Shown in pieces: positions 9,834 through 18,802 of a stretch of 41,560 bases of DNA. The DNA comes from Micrococcales bacterium UBA3913 (GTDB lineage: Bacteria > Actinomycetota > Actinomycetes > Actinomycetales > Microbacteriaceae), in the NCBI GenBank assembly GCA_002391425.1, contig DGEZ01000060.1:1-41560 (forward strand), given 5' to 3'. The translations under genes and the position numbers were made by a program. The notes beneath the pieces are model-generated. The model had not been told where the DNA came from, did not search any database, and saw only the letters and a program-made list of their open reading frames with translations. Positions within the stretch are counted from its first letter, which is position 1; each line of letters begins with the position of its first letter.

Positions 9834-10664
9834 TCAGAGCGATCCCACCCGGAAACGAGCGAAACCAGACACAGACATCTGCGCGTCGTCGAGTACCTTC
9901 TGCACCGACACCTTGCTGTCATGCGCATAGGGCTGATCCAGGAGCACAACCTGCTTGTAGAAGCCGGTCACGCGACCCTCCACGATCTTCTGCAGGGCAG
10001 CCTCGGGCTTACCCTCGTTGCGGGCTGCCTCCTCGGCAATCTGATGCTCCTTATCGACGAGATCGGCAGGAACGTCTTCCCGGGTCAGATACGTGGGATC
10101 AGCGAAGGCGATGTGCTGCGCAAGGCTGCGCGCGGTGTCGGAATCGCCACCACTGTAGCCGATCACAACACCCACCTGGGGAGGCAGATCTGGGTTCGTA
10201 CGGTGCAGGTAGATAGCGAACTTCTCGCCATTGACCTTTGCGATGCGGGTCAGAGCGAGCTTTTCGCCGATCACCGCACTCTCATCGGTGATCACCTCGG
10301 CAACCGTGCGTCCGTCCAGCGGTGCAGCGAGCGCCGCATCCACTGTCTCCGCCCCAAAGGAGGCAACCGCATCCAGCACCGTATCGCCGAGCGTGATGAA
10401 GCGCTCCGCCTTGGCGACGAAGTCCGTCTCGCACGCCAGCTCGATCAGGTACGCGCGCTCGCCGTCGACCTTCGCCGCGACCAGACCGTTCTCGGTCGTG
10501 CGATCCTCGCGCTTGGACACGCCCTTGAGACCATGCTCACGCAGGATCTCGATCGCCTTCTCGATATCGCCATCGGCGCCATCCAGGGCCTTCTTGCAGT
10601 CGAGCATTCCCGCCCCGGTGCGCTCACGCAGAGCTTTCACATCGGCGGCAGTGTACTTAGCCAT
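9834..10664 (-). CDS. tsf: translation elongation factor Ts
   Basis: [27 protein letters not shown]... is the canonical EF-Ts N-terminus. Confidence 0.95.
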   Translation of the reverse strand: MAKYTAADVKALRERTGAGMLDCKKALDGADGDIEKAIEILREHGLKGVSKREDRTTENGLVAAKVDGERAYLIELACETDFVAKAERFITLGDTVLDAVASFGAETVDAALAAPLDGRTVAEVITDESAVIGEKLALTRIAKVNGEKFAIYLHRTNPDLPPQVGVVIGYSGGDSDTARSLAQHIAFADPTYLTREDVPADLVDKEHQIAEEAARNEGKPEAALQKIVEGRVTGFYKQVVLLDQPYAHDSKVSVQKVLDDAQMSVSGFARFRVGSL

Positions 10665-10682
10665 GAGTTTTGATCTCCTCGC

Positions 10683-11597
10683 TCACTTCGTGTCGGCGTC
10701 GGCCGGTGCGGCCTCCGCTGCAGGCTTGTTCGTGTCCTCGGCAGCAGTCTCCTCGGCGGGTGCCGAATCGGCCGCCGGCTCCGCTGCTGCGTCCTGTGCA
10801 ACCGGTGCCTCGTTCTGCTCGGCCGACGCCGCGTCCTCGGCAGCGCCGAGGAGCTCGCGCTCCCACTCGGCGAGCGGCTCGGCGTCTTCAGATTCCTCGG
10901 GCTTCTGGTGCCGCAGAATCTGTCCCTCCGCAGCAGCATCGGCCACAATCTTCGTCAGCAGCGAGACGGAACGGATCGCATCATCGTTGCCCGGGATCGG
11001 GTACTGCACTTCGTCGGGGTCGCAGTTCGTGTCCAGGATGGCCACAACCGGGATGCCCAGCTTCTGTGCCTCGGAGACCGCCAGGTGCTCCTTCTTGGTG
11101 TCGACAACCCACAGGGCGGATGGCGTACGCGTCATGTTACGGATACCACCCAGGGTCTTCTCGAGCTTCTCCTTCTCGCGGCGGAGAATGAGCAACTCCT
11201 TCTTGGTCAGACCCGACTTGCTCGTGTCATCGAAGTCGATCTCCTCAAGTTCCTTGAGGCGCTGCAGGCGCTTGTGCACTGTGGAGAAGTTCGTGAGCAG
11301 GCCACCCAGCCACCGGTAGTTGATGTAGGGCTGGCCCACGCGCGTCGCCTGCTCGGCGACTGCTTCCTGAGCCTGCTTCTTCGTGCCCACGAACAGGATG
11401 GTCCCGCCGTGCGCCACCGTCTCCTTGACGAACTCGTAGGCCTGATCAATGTAGCCCAGCGACTTCTGAAGGTCGATGATGTAGATGCCGGAGCGCTCCG
11501 TGAAGATGAAACGCTTCATCTTCGGATTCCACCGACGGGTCTGATGACCGAAATGAACGCCGCTGTCCAGCAGCTGGCGAATAGTGACGACTGCCAC
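10683..11597 (-). CDS. rpsB: 30S ribosomal protein S2 with acidic Ala/Glu/Pro-rich C-terminal tail
   Basis: (M)[26 protein letters not shown]... GTG at 11597 with GGAG 7 nt upstream. The ORF-track start at 11717 adds a non-homologous extension. Confidence 0.95.
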   Translation of the reverse strand: MAVVTIRQLLDSGVHFGHQTRRWNPKMKRFIFTERSGIYIIDLQKSLGYIDQAYEFVKETVAHGGTILFVGTKKQAQEAVAEQATRVGQPYINYRWLGGLLTNFSTVHKRLQRLKELEEIDFDDTSKSGLTKKELLILRREKEKLEKTLGGIRNMTRTPSALWVVDTKKEHLAVSEAQKLGIPVVAILDTNCDPDEVQYPIPGNDDAIRSVSLLTKIVADAAAEGQILRHQKPEESEDAEPLAEWERELLGAAEDAASAEQNEAPVAQDAAAEPAADSAPAEETAAEDTNKPAAEAAPADADTK

Positions 11598-11737
11598 TGT
11601 CCTGCTCCATATCTGTGCACACACGGTGCACCTCTTGCAGTTGACGATAGCCATCGGCGATGGCGATCCCTGGCGCCCGAACATCCCCACCACCACAGTG
11701 GACCGAGGGGATGGCACCGTCCGAAGGAGCTTCCGAC

Positions 11738-11778
11738 GAAAGGGCGCGCGTAGTCAGCGCGTCAGCGCTGCGGCGCCC
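11738..11778 (-). terminator. candidate intrinsic terminator after the MFS gene
   Basis: On the minus strand: GGGCGC..CAGCGC-UGAC-GCGCUG..GCGCCC (nested stems at 11742-11747/11773-11778 and 11755-11760/11765-11770) followed by UUUCG. It begins 26 nt after the MFS stop. Confidence 0.45.
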
Positions 11779-11803
11779 AGTCTACAGGGATGCGGGAGCC
11801 GAC

Positions 11804-13069
11804 TCAACCTCGCCGGGCACCGTAGAAGCGGGACAGCCAGAAGAACGGGATCAGAAGCACCGCTGGCAGCAGGAAGGCAAGGGCCATTCCGGTGCCGAGA
11901 TCTGCAATGACGCCGATGACAGCTCCCCCGAACACAGCCCCCACGTAGTTGAACGTATTCATCGAGGAAATGATCCGCTCGTTGTGGGCGGGGTCGACCT
12001 CTCCCGCAGCCGAGAAGGTCACCGGCACGAGCAGTGCCGTGGCCACCCCCACGATCGCGAACCCGGCGATCGCCGCCGGGAGCGCGGGAATGCAGGCGAC
12101 GAGGGCAAATCCCGCCACCCCGACCCCGGCCGCCGCCACGACGATCGTGCGACGCCCCCACCGGGTAACGATGCGATCTCCAAAGAGTCGCACGACGAGG
12201 ATGACAGACTGGTACGCCGCATAGGCCAAGGGCGCAACAGAAGCACTGGTCACGAGTGTGTGTGACAGGTACTCTGTACTCCACGTGCTCACCGCCGAGT
12301 CCGCAACGAAGACGCACAGCACGCCGGTGCCGAACAGCCAGATCGCCCTGCGCACAGACATCGACGGGGTGCGACTGGGCTGCGTGGCGGCCGGTACCTC
12401 ATCGATGACAAGTGCCGCATCGTTCGGCCCCCACGACCCCGAGGCCACCTGGCCCGCATCACGGACGGCGGACTCATCTCGCCCCACATTCTCCACATAG
12501 AACAGGCGCGCACCGGCAACCGCTACGCCGGCGAACAAAGCTCCCGCCGCCAGGAAGGACAGCGCAAGTCCGCCATCGGGCAGCCCGGCGAACGCGGAGA
12601 CGAGCAGTGACGCCACGATGGCCGCCGCCGTGTACGCCGCGAAGAAGCTCGCCATGATCGTGCGACGCAGGCGGTTCTGCAGCATGACCCCCTGCATCCC
12701 ACTCGCCGCGTCCACAGCTCCGAGGCCAATTCCGTAGACCGCGAAACCGACGATAGCCACGGCGAAAGTACCACTGAGTGCGACCACCGCAAGACTCAGC
12801 GCCTGAACGACCAGACCTGCGGTCAAGGCGGTTCGGCTCGTCCACCGCTTCGCCACCGTCCCGGCAACAATTGACCCCACCGCGGCCGTGACGCACACGA
12901 GCAACACGATCAGCGACAGATCTGTCGCATCGAGGCCGAAATGCTCCCGGAACTGAGGCAGAGTCGTCACCACTGTGGCGTAGCCAAAGGCCTGGGCGGC
13001 AAAGGCTGCCGCGATCATCACGCGCGCCAGGCGCAGCCCCCCGAGGGTACCCGCATCCACCGTTCCCAT
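11804..13069 (-). CDS. MFS transporter
   Basis: 421 aa with about 12 hydrophobic segments in the two-halves MFS architecture. Starts 2 nt after the aminotransferase stop. Confidence 0.8.
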   Translation of the reverse strand: MGTVDAGTLGGLRLARVMIAAAFAAQAFGYATVVTTLPQFREHFGLDATDLSLIVLLVCVTAAVGSIVAGTVAKRWTSRTALTAGLVVQALSLAVVALSGTFAVAIVGFAVYGIGLGAVDAASGMQGVMLQNRLRRTIMASFFAAYTAAAIVASLLVSAFAGLPDGGLALSFLAAGALFAGVAVAGARLFYVENVGRDESAVRDAGQVASGSWGPNDAALVIDEVPAATQPSRTPSMSVRRAIWLFGTGVLCVFVADSAVSTWSTEYLSHTLVTSASVAPLAYAAYQSVILVVRLFGDRIVTRWGRRTIVVAAAGVGVAGFALVACIPALPAAIAGFAIVGVATALLVPVTFSAAGEVDPAHNERIISSMNTFNYVGAVFGGAVIGVIADLGTGMALAFLLPAVLLIPFFWLSRFYGARRG

Positions 13070-13071
13070 CG

Positions 13072-14352
13072 TCAGCTCTGTTCCGGGTGGCGCGCCCGCA
13101 GCACCGTAAAAGCGTCGTGTGCAATCTCTATCGTGCGCGCGACATCCTCATGGCTGAGAGAAGCGTTCAGGAAGTGGTTGTGATGCGAGGTGAAGAACAC
13201 TCCACGTTGCACGCACTCCGCTATCCATTCCTGGTGGAGCATCAGCGAGTCGTCATCTGCTAGGCGCAAGTAGAACAGGGAGGGAGCTCCCGAGGCCACC
13301 AGCGTGAAGCCGTGATCCGCCGCAGCAGCGACCAGTCCGGTGGTGAGCTCCGTGCCGAGTTCGTGGAACAGCGCCGGAGTGTCCAGTTGCTTCATCTTCG
13401 TGATGCAGGCGATACCCGCGGCGAACGGAACAGCGCTCATCCAGTAGCTGCCCGTGTAGCTGATGCTCGAGACCACATCTTTGAGATCCGCTCGGCCGCA
13501 CAGTGCGGAGACGTTGTACCCATTCGCGAGCGCCTTGCAGAAACAGATCAGGTCGGCTGTGAACCCAAAGAAGTGGTCAGACCCGGCCAGGTCTAGCCGG
13601 AACCCGGCGCGAACATCGTCAATGATCAGAACGACCCCGTGATCGTCGCACAGTTTCCGCACTTTCTGCCAGTAGCCCTCATCTGGCCAGATCTGGTCGA
13701 AGAAGTTACCGTGCATATACGGCTGGGCAATCAGCCCGGCGATCTCCCCCCGATGCTCGGAGAACAGTTTTTCCAGGGCGGGAAAGTCGTTGAAATCGAC
13801 GTAGAGGTTGTTCGCGACGTCCTCTTCGAGCACTCCGGGATAGTCCATCTTCTGCGTCCAGGCGTCGGCGCCGTGGTAGAAGCCGTTGAAGAAGACGATC
13901 TTCTTCCGGCCGGTTGCCGCACGTGCCGTCATGATCGCGAGCGTGGTGACATCTCCCCCGTTCTTTGCGAAGAAGGCCCAGTCGGCACAGGCCACGGTGT
14001 CCACGAGCAGCTCGGCGAAGTCCACCATCACTGTCGAGGGGATGGTCACTACGTCCTCGAGCTTCGCCTGTGCCTGGGCGGCCGCATCGACATCCGGATC
14101 ACGGTAACCGAGGACATTCGGGCCGTATCCGCACATGTAGTCGATGTACTTATTTCCGTCCAGGTCCCAGAAGTGTGTTCCCTCTGCCCGTGAGGAGAAC
14201 AGGGGAAACGCCGTCTGTGGGATGTAACACCCCTCGCTCGGGCCCTGATGTCCATAAATGCCCGAGGGAATGACTCGGAATGCTCGGGCGAAGGCCTCCT
14301 GGCTTTTCGCGTAGGTGTACGGCTCTGCGGGGATGCGGGTAGGTGTGGTCAT
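13072..14352 (-). CDS. class-III (GSA-aminomutase-like) PLP-dependent aminotransferase
   Basis: ...HFWDLDGNKYIDYMCGYGPNVLGY..., ...VLIIDDVRAGFR... and the Lys-containing ...FCKALANGYNVSA... are typical of the HemL-like subfamily. AAGGAG lies 6 nt upstream of the ATG. Confidence 0.85.
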   Translation of the reverse strand: MTTPTRIPAEPYTYAKSQEAFARAFRVIPSGIYGHQGPSEGCYIPQTAFPLFSSRAEGTHFWDLDGNKYIDYMCGYGPNVLGYRDPDVDAAAQAQAKLEDVVTIPSTVMVDFAELLVDTVACADWAFFAKNGGDVTTLAIMTARAATGRKKIVFFNGFYHGADAWTQKMDYPGVLEEDVANNLYVDFNDFPALEKLFSEHRGEIAGLIAQPYMHGNFFDQIWPDEGYWQKVRKLCDDHGVVLIIDDVRAGFRLDLAGSDHFFGFTADLICFCKALANGYNVSALCGRADLKDVVSSISYTGSYWMSAVPFAAGIACITKMKQLDTPALFHELGTELTTGLVAAAADHGFTLVASGAPSLFYLRLADDDSLMLHQEWIAECVQRGVFFTSHHNHFLNASLSHEDVARTIEIAHDAFTVLRARHPEQS

Positions 14353-14379
14353 GGCGACTCCTTGGTGAGGGTGAGGGGG

Positions 14380-15150
14380 TTAGCTGAGGTACTGGCCGAC
14401 GCGGTCGAGGATGCGGTTGACGTTGTCGACCATGTTGATCATTCCGCGCATCGCGATCCTGCCGTCACAGATGCAGGCCATCGCGCTGAGATGACCGCCG
14501 AGGACGCCGGCGACAGTGTCCAGGTCCGCAAAACGGAGCGCGGCGCGGGGGTGGGGACTGGGAGATGACAGGAAGGTGAAGTGGTGATCAGCCACCCGCA
14601 ATGTGTATGCGAGGCTGTCGCCTACTTCGATCGCGACGTCGCCGTCGGGGACGAGGCCAGCACTGAACTGCCCGCTCCGATCCCAGTTCGCGACTTGCGC
14701 AGCCGCCGCAGCAGCGACGTGAAGCGTCAATATGGTACTCGTGCGGCGGAATTGCTCATCGGCGAGCGCCTCCTGGCTCGGCCGCAAGTACTGTTCGAGG
14801 AGCTCGCTCAGCGGCGCGAACACGTGCAACAGGAAGGGGATGCGATGCCATCCTGTCGCAGGAATGGGCTGGGCGTCTCCTGAGATCACCGCGTTGAACG
14901 CGCGGGCGCTGAGGAAGGGGAGGCGGATTGTCGCCTGGGGGTGGTCCGGCACGAAGGCGGCGACGCCGTTCTCGAAGGCCAACGTCGCACGGGGCCCGCC
15001 CCGCACGATGAAGCTGATGCTCGTCCTCTTCGGATCCCGCTGAGCGATGGCGCGAGCCTCGGGCACGCGCGCGACGAGCTCGGGGATGGTGCCGAGCACG
15101 GCATAGAGGTTGACGCGGGCGAGGACATCGGGATCAATCTCAGTGAGCAT
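14380..15150 (-). CDS. hypothetical protein, possible SCP2-like C-terminus
   Basis: 256-aa ORF between the TetR and aminotransferase genes. The C-terminal ...DGRIAMRGMINMVDNVNRIL... resembles the SCP2 'GKLKI.G.M.L..KL' helix region. ATG at 15150 overlaps the tetR 3' end by 11 nt. Function not assignable. Confidence 0.5.
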   Translation of the reverse strand: MLTEIDPDVLARVNLYAVLGTIPELVARVPEARAIAQRDPKRTSISFIVRGGPRATLAFENGVAAFVPDHPQATIRLPFLSARAFNAVISGDAQPIPATGWHRIPFLLHVFAPLSELLEQYLRPSQEALADEQFRRTSTILTLHVAAAAAAQVANWDRSGQFSAGLVPDGDVAIEVGDSLAYTLRVADHHFTFLSSPSPHPRAALRFADLDTVAGVLGGHLSAMACICDGRIAMRGMINMVDNVNRILDRVGQYLS

Positions 15151-15823
15151 GATTCTCTTTTCGCAGTGAGGGGATGGGATGTGCGCCGACCACCGGACGG
15201 CGACGAGGGAGAGCAAAGGAAGCAAGGAATCGGGAGAAGTGTGGCACGGTGGCGTACATTCCGTCCGTGTCGCGCGTGGCCAGCCAGCCCGTCGTGATTC
15301 CATCGAGTACGACGACGATGATCCGGGAGAGCTGCTCGGCCGGGACATCCCACTCCACCTCGGCGATGTCCGCCCAGTTCCTGATGGAAGCCTCGACGGC
15401 CCGATAGTAGACGCCGTACTGTTCCCGCGGCAGGGCGCTCAGTGCCGGGTTGCGCAGGCTCGATAGGCTCAGTTCGAGCATCGCCTGCTCACGGCCGGGG
15501 TCGGCGACGAGACTGTCCACATATGATGTGAGGGCCAGGCCGATGACATCTGCGAGCCCGTCTGCCTCCGGGGACGGAGGAACCGCAAGGTAACCCACCA
15601 CACCAGCCTCCGCTTGGGCGTGCTCGATACCGGTGACCTCTTCGATCACCTCGCGCAGTAACTGGTCGCGGGACGAGAAGACGTAGTGGAAGCTGGCCAA
15701 CGGCATGCCCGCTTCGGCAGAGATGGCCCGGGTAGTGGCCGCATGGATGCCCTCCCGAGCGATCACGCGGATGGCGGCGGCGATGAGCTCAGCCCGACGC
15801 TGCTCCACCGGAATACGACGCAT
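15140..15823 (-). CDS. TetR/AcrR-family transcriptional regulator
   Basis: N-terminal HTH region ...RRAELIAAAIRVIAREGIHAATTRAISAEAGMPLASFHYVFSSRDQLL... ATG at 15823 with GAGGTGA upstream. Confidence 0.85.
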   Translation of the reverse strand: MRRIPVEQRRAELIAAAIRVIAREGIHAATTRAISAEAGMPLASFHYVFSSRDQLLREVIEEVTGIEHAQAEAGVVGYLAVPPSPEADGLADVIGLALTSYVDSLVADPGREQAMLELSLSSLRNPALSALPREQYGVYYRAVEASIRNWADIAEVEWDVPAEQLSRIIVVVLDGITTGWLATRDTDGMYATVPHFSRFLASFALPRRRPVVGAHPIPSLRKENHAH

Positions 15824-15838
15824 TCTCACCTCTTCGCG

Positions 15839-15860
15839 AAGTTGGTCGATCGACCAACTT
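15839..15860. promoter_or_regulatory. perfect 22-bp palindrome, candidate TetR operator
   Basis: AAGTTGGTCGATCGACCAACTT is its own reverse complement. It lies 16 nt upstream of the tetR ATG, in the divergent tetR / M23-peptidase intergenic region. Confidence 0.6.
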
Positions 15861-16017
15861 GGTTTATTCTCACATGCGCAAATCCTGCGAGTGCCCCTGA
15901 TCACGCATGTTTAACCCGCTGGAAACACGCGTTTACACAGGCGCGCACAGCCGCCACCTGTTCACACCGGCCAGAGCGTACCCCCGGCATCCGCCCTCTC
16001 CCGGGCACAATCCGTTC

Positions 16018-16551
16018 ATGGAGTTCTGGATCCGCGCCGTGATAGCCACGCTCCTGGCTGGACTGGCCGGGCTGGCCGGGCTGAATGTGGTGGATGCCGA
16101 CGAGGCCACCCCTCGCACCGTGCTGACCGCAGCAGGGATGAACGCACCGGGCACCTGGCTGTGGCCGACCACGTCGCAGCAGGTACTACGCCCCTTTCTC
16201 GCGCCGGCGACCCCCTATAGTTCAGGCCATCGAGGCATCGACATCGCCGCGGATGCCGGAGAGCTCGTGAGAGCGCCGACCTCGGGGACCGTCACGGTTG
16301 CCGGGATGATCGTGGACCGCCCGATAGTTGTCATCGAGACGGGACACATTCGGGTCACGCTCGAACCGGTGGATCCGCAGGTCGAGGTGGGAGATGACGT
16401 GGGCAGAGGTGAGGTGGTCGGGGGCGTTGCCTCCCCCGGCGCTCACTCTCAGCAGGGGCTGCACCTCGGGGTCCGCCTCAACGGAGAGTACGTCACACCC
16501 CTGCTGTACTTGCGGCCCACCTACGCGGTGCTGCACCCTGTTGACGGTTAA
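16018..16551 (+). CDS. M23-family metallopeptidase (secreted)
   Basis: Signal-like N-terminus MEFWIRAVIATLLAGLAGLAGL. M23 motifs ...SSGHRGIDIAA..G..V.A...G.V... and ...GLHLGVRLNGEYV.P... The ATG at 15907 is an alternative start. Confidence 0.8.
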   Translation: MEFWIRAVIATLLAGLAGLAGLNVVDADEATPRTVLTAAGMNAPGTWLWPTTSQQVLRPFLAPATPYSSGHRGIDIAADAGELVRAPTSGTVTVAGMIVDRPIVVIETGHIRVTLEPVDPQVEVGDDVGRGEVVGGVASPGAHSQQGLHLGVRLNGEYVTPLLYLRPTYAVLHPVDG

Positions 16552-17471
16552 GCACGCGGATGCGCTTGGCGAAACGTCTCACTGATCCGCTCCAATGACA
16601 CGTGAGTGTAAATCTGCGTGGTGCCGATGCTGGCATGCCCCAGCATCTCCTGAACAGAGCGGAGGTCGGATCCGCCGTCCAGCAGGTGCGTGGCCGCGGC
16701 GTGCCGGAAGCTGTGGGGACCCGCCTGCCGCGCCCCAGGAGTGGCGGCAAGCGCATCCCGCACCACCTCGTACACCGCGCGCGGTCCAATGCGCTTGCCG
16801 TGCCGGTTGAGAAACAGCGCCGGTTCCGTATCAATGCGGGGGAAGGCGGGTCGCCCCCGATGCAGGTATTCTCGCAGGGCTCGTCGCGCGGGGGTGCCAA
16901 ACGGGACGATGCGCTCTTTGCCTCCCTTTCCCCAGATGCGCACGAGGCACGTGTCCAGATCTACCGAGGAGAGGTCCAGGCCGGTGAGTTCGGATACCCG
17001 CATCGCGGTGGCATAGAGCATTTCCAGCATCGCCCAATTCCGGAGCAGAACGGGGTCGCCTTCTGCGGCCTGCGCAGCAGCGGCGTCGAGCAGGCGCGCC
17101 ATCGTCGCCCGTGAGTGCACCCGCGGCAGCGAGCTGCCCTGCCGTGGCGTCGCGATGCGAGCGACCGGGTCGGAGTCCAGCACACCGCGGTCGCGAAGCC
17201 AGTGCGTGTACATACGCACGGAGGCGATTCTGCGGGCCTGGGTGCTCCGGGCCAGCCCGCGAGCAGACCCCTCCCACACCCAGGCCCGAATCGCCTCGAC
17301 ACTCAGGCCTGTCACAGGGGAGCTCGCAGCGGCGTCGCCGCCACGGGCCGCGAGGAACCTATCCAGGTCCCGGACATCCCCCAGGTACGCGCGTATCGTG
17401 TTCTCGGACATGCCACGGCCATGCCGGAGGGCGGCGGCAAAGTCGTCGAGGGTGTCTGCCACGGTGTCCAT
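16548..17471 (-). CDS. xerC: tyrosine recombinase XerC
   Basis: Catalytic-domain motifs ...ATAMRVSEL..L......, ...HSFRHAAATHLL..G.DLR.VQE.LGH.S..TTQIYTHV... Conserved position next to dprA. Confidence 0.85.
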   Translation of the reverse strand: MDTVADTLDDFAAALRHGRGMSENTIRAYLGDVRDLDRFLAARGGDAAASSPVTGLSVEAIRAWVWEGSARGLARSTQARRIASVRMYTHWLRDRGVLDSDPVARIATPRQGSSLPRVHSRATMARLLDAAAAQAAEGDPVLLRNWAMLEMLYATAMRVSELTGLDLSSVDLDTCLVRIWGKGGKERIVPFGTPARRALREYLHRGRPAFPRIDTEPALFLNRHGKRIGPRAVYEVVRDALAATPGARQAGPHSFRHAAATHLLDGGSDLRSVQEMLGHASIGTTQIYTHVSLERISETFRQAHPRA

Positions 17472-17533
17472 ACCCCCAGTGTGTCACCGTCTGCCCGAGC
17501 CTGCTCGGCTCGGTACCGGTCCGCACAGCAGTG

Positions 17534-18802
17534 TCACTTCCCGGACGGAGCCTTGACCCACCCTCCTGCCCGCGATATCACGGCCCCGGCGATCTCAAGC
17601 TCCCCGAGCACAGACATGGCAACGCGGGCCTCCACCCCACTCGATCTCACGATCTGTTCCAGGTATCGAGGTTGCCGCAAGCTGAGCGCATCCCACACCC
17701 GGGTGCGCTCCGGGTGATGCGACGCATCCACGAGATCTCCCGCGGCATCCTCACGTCGGGATGGTCCGGAGTGTTTCCCCAGCAGCGCCTCCACGTCGGA
17801 CGGGTCGGTCACGCAGGACGCCGCGTATTCCTGGATCAGCCGATGACACCCACGCGAGGTGGCGGAGGTGATCGGGCCCGGTACTGCCCCCAGCGGCCGC
17901 CCCAGCTCCAGGGCATGATGCGCCGTGTTCAGCGCGCCGGAGCGGGAACCTGCCTCGACCACGAGCGTCGCCGAGGCCCAGGCGGCGATCACCCGGTTAC
18001 GGGCCAGGAAACGCCACCGCGTTGGAGCCGTTCCGGGAGGCACCTCGCTGACGATGACTCCGGAGTCCATGATCTGCTCGAACAGTCTCTCGTGGCCGCG
18101 CGGGTACACCCTGTCGACACCGCCAGCGAGTACGGCGATGGTACTCCCCTCCAGGGCGAGCGCCGCCCGGTGCGCGGCCCCATCAATGCCATATGCGCCG
18201 CCGCTGAGCACGAGAGCGCCTTCGCGCGCGGCCGCGCCGGTGAGCTCGAACGCGCAGTACTCCCCGTACGCCGTGGCCGCCCGGGCCCCCACTACGGCAA
18301 GGACGTGCTCGTGCCCCAGGAGCGCATCCGAGAGGGATGTTCGCCCACGCGCCCACAGGCAAACCGGCTGATGCGCGCCCAGGTCGGACAGGCCCTGCGG
18401 CCAGCGATGGTGCGGCGTGAACAGGCGCAGCTCGAGCCTCCCTGCCGCCGCTATGGCACCCCGAACCCGCGCGGGATCCATTCGCGGCCGCCACCTCCCC
18501 CAGGCCTCCCCCAGAGCGCGCAGTTCCGCCGCGCTCAACCCGCTACAGGCTGCAGCACCTGTCCGAGATGCAGCCACGGAGTCCACGAACTCAGCGGCTG
18601 TGCTCGAGTGGAGCAACAGCTCGTACCCACGTTCAGATCCGCAGGCTGCACGCAGGATTCCGTATCCAACGTCCCCGGGCTCGACAATCACCGACCAGGC
18701 AACGACAGAGGCGACGCTCGCCAGGTCGCCGGGGCACACCTGGGGGGCGTCCTCGTGAATCCAGTCGGCGATCCGCTCGATCGCCAGGGGCTCGCCTCTC
18801 AT
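17534..18802 (-). CDS. dprA: DNA-processing protein DprA (Smf)
   Basis: Rossmann-fold core ...VVGARAATAYGE.....L.......G..VLSGGAYGIDGAAHRAAL... ATG at 18802 forms an ATGA overlap with the comM stop. The ORF-track start at 19273 is rejected. Confidence 0.9.
   Translation of the reverse strand: MRGEPLAIERIADWIHEDAPQVCPGDLASVASVVAWSVIVEPGDVGYGILRAACGSERGYELLLHSSTAAEFVDSVAASRTGAAACSGLSAAELRALGEAWGRWRPRMDPARVRGAIAAAGRLELRLFTPHHRWPQGLSDLGAHQPVCLWARGRTSLSDALLGHEHVLAVVGARAATAYGEYCAFELTGAAAREGALVLSGGAYGIDGAAHRAALALEGSTIAVLAGGVDRVYPRGHERLFEQIMDSGVIVSEVPPGTAPTRWRFLARNRVIAAWASATLVVEAGSRSGALNTAHHALELGRPLGAVPGPITSATSRGCHRLIQEYAASCVTDPSDVEALLGKHSGPSRREDAAGDLVDASHHPERTRVWDALSLRQPRYLEQIVRSSGVEARVAMSVLGELEIAGAVISRAGGWVKAPSGK

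Noticed and set aside
8966-9949. ORF-track N-terminal extensions taken at face value: pyrH 327 aa, dprA 579 aa, pfk 470 aa, mutY 410 aa, rpsB 344 aa, rpsP 185 aa, rplS 153 aa, trmD 283 aa and others.
   Set aside because: The extensions overlap neighbouring genes and lack homology to the families. Internal starts have proper SD spacing or ATGA coupling and give family-typical N-termini.
15861-16017. Possible c-di-AMP (ydaO-type) or other riboswitch in the long leader of the M23 peptidase gene, and likewise upstream of the transglycosylase-like gene at 6789-6834.
   Set aside because: I could not recognise the conserved ydaO core elements by eye. The 6789-6834 spacer is far too short. This would need a covariance-model scan (Rfam/Infernal) to settle.
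16548-17471. Tyrosine recombinase as a marker of a prophage or integrative element.
   Set aside because: Its sequence and its conserved position next to dprA/comM/yraN identify it as chromosomal XerC. I saw no att-like repeats, phage genes or tRNA target nearby.
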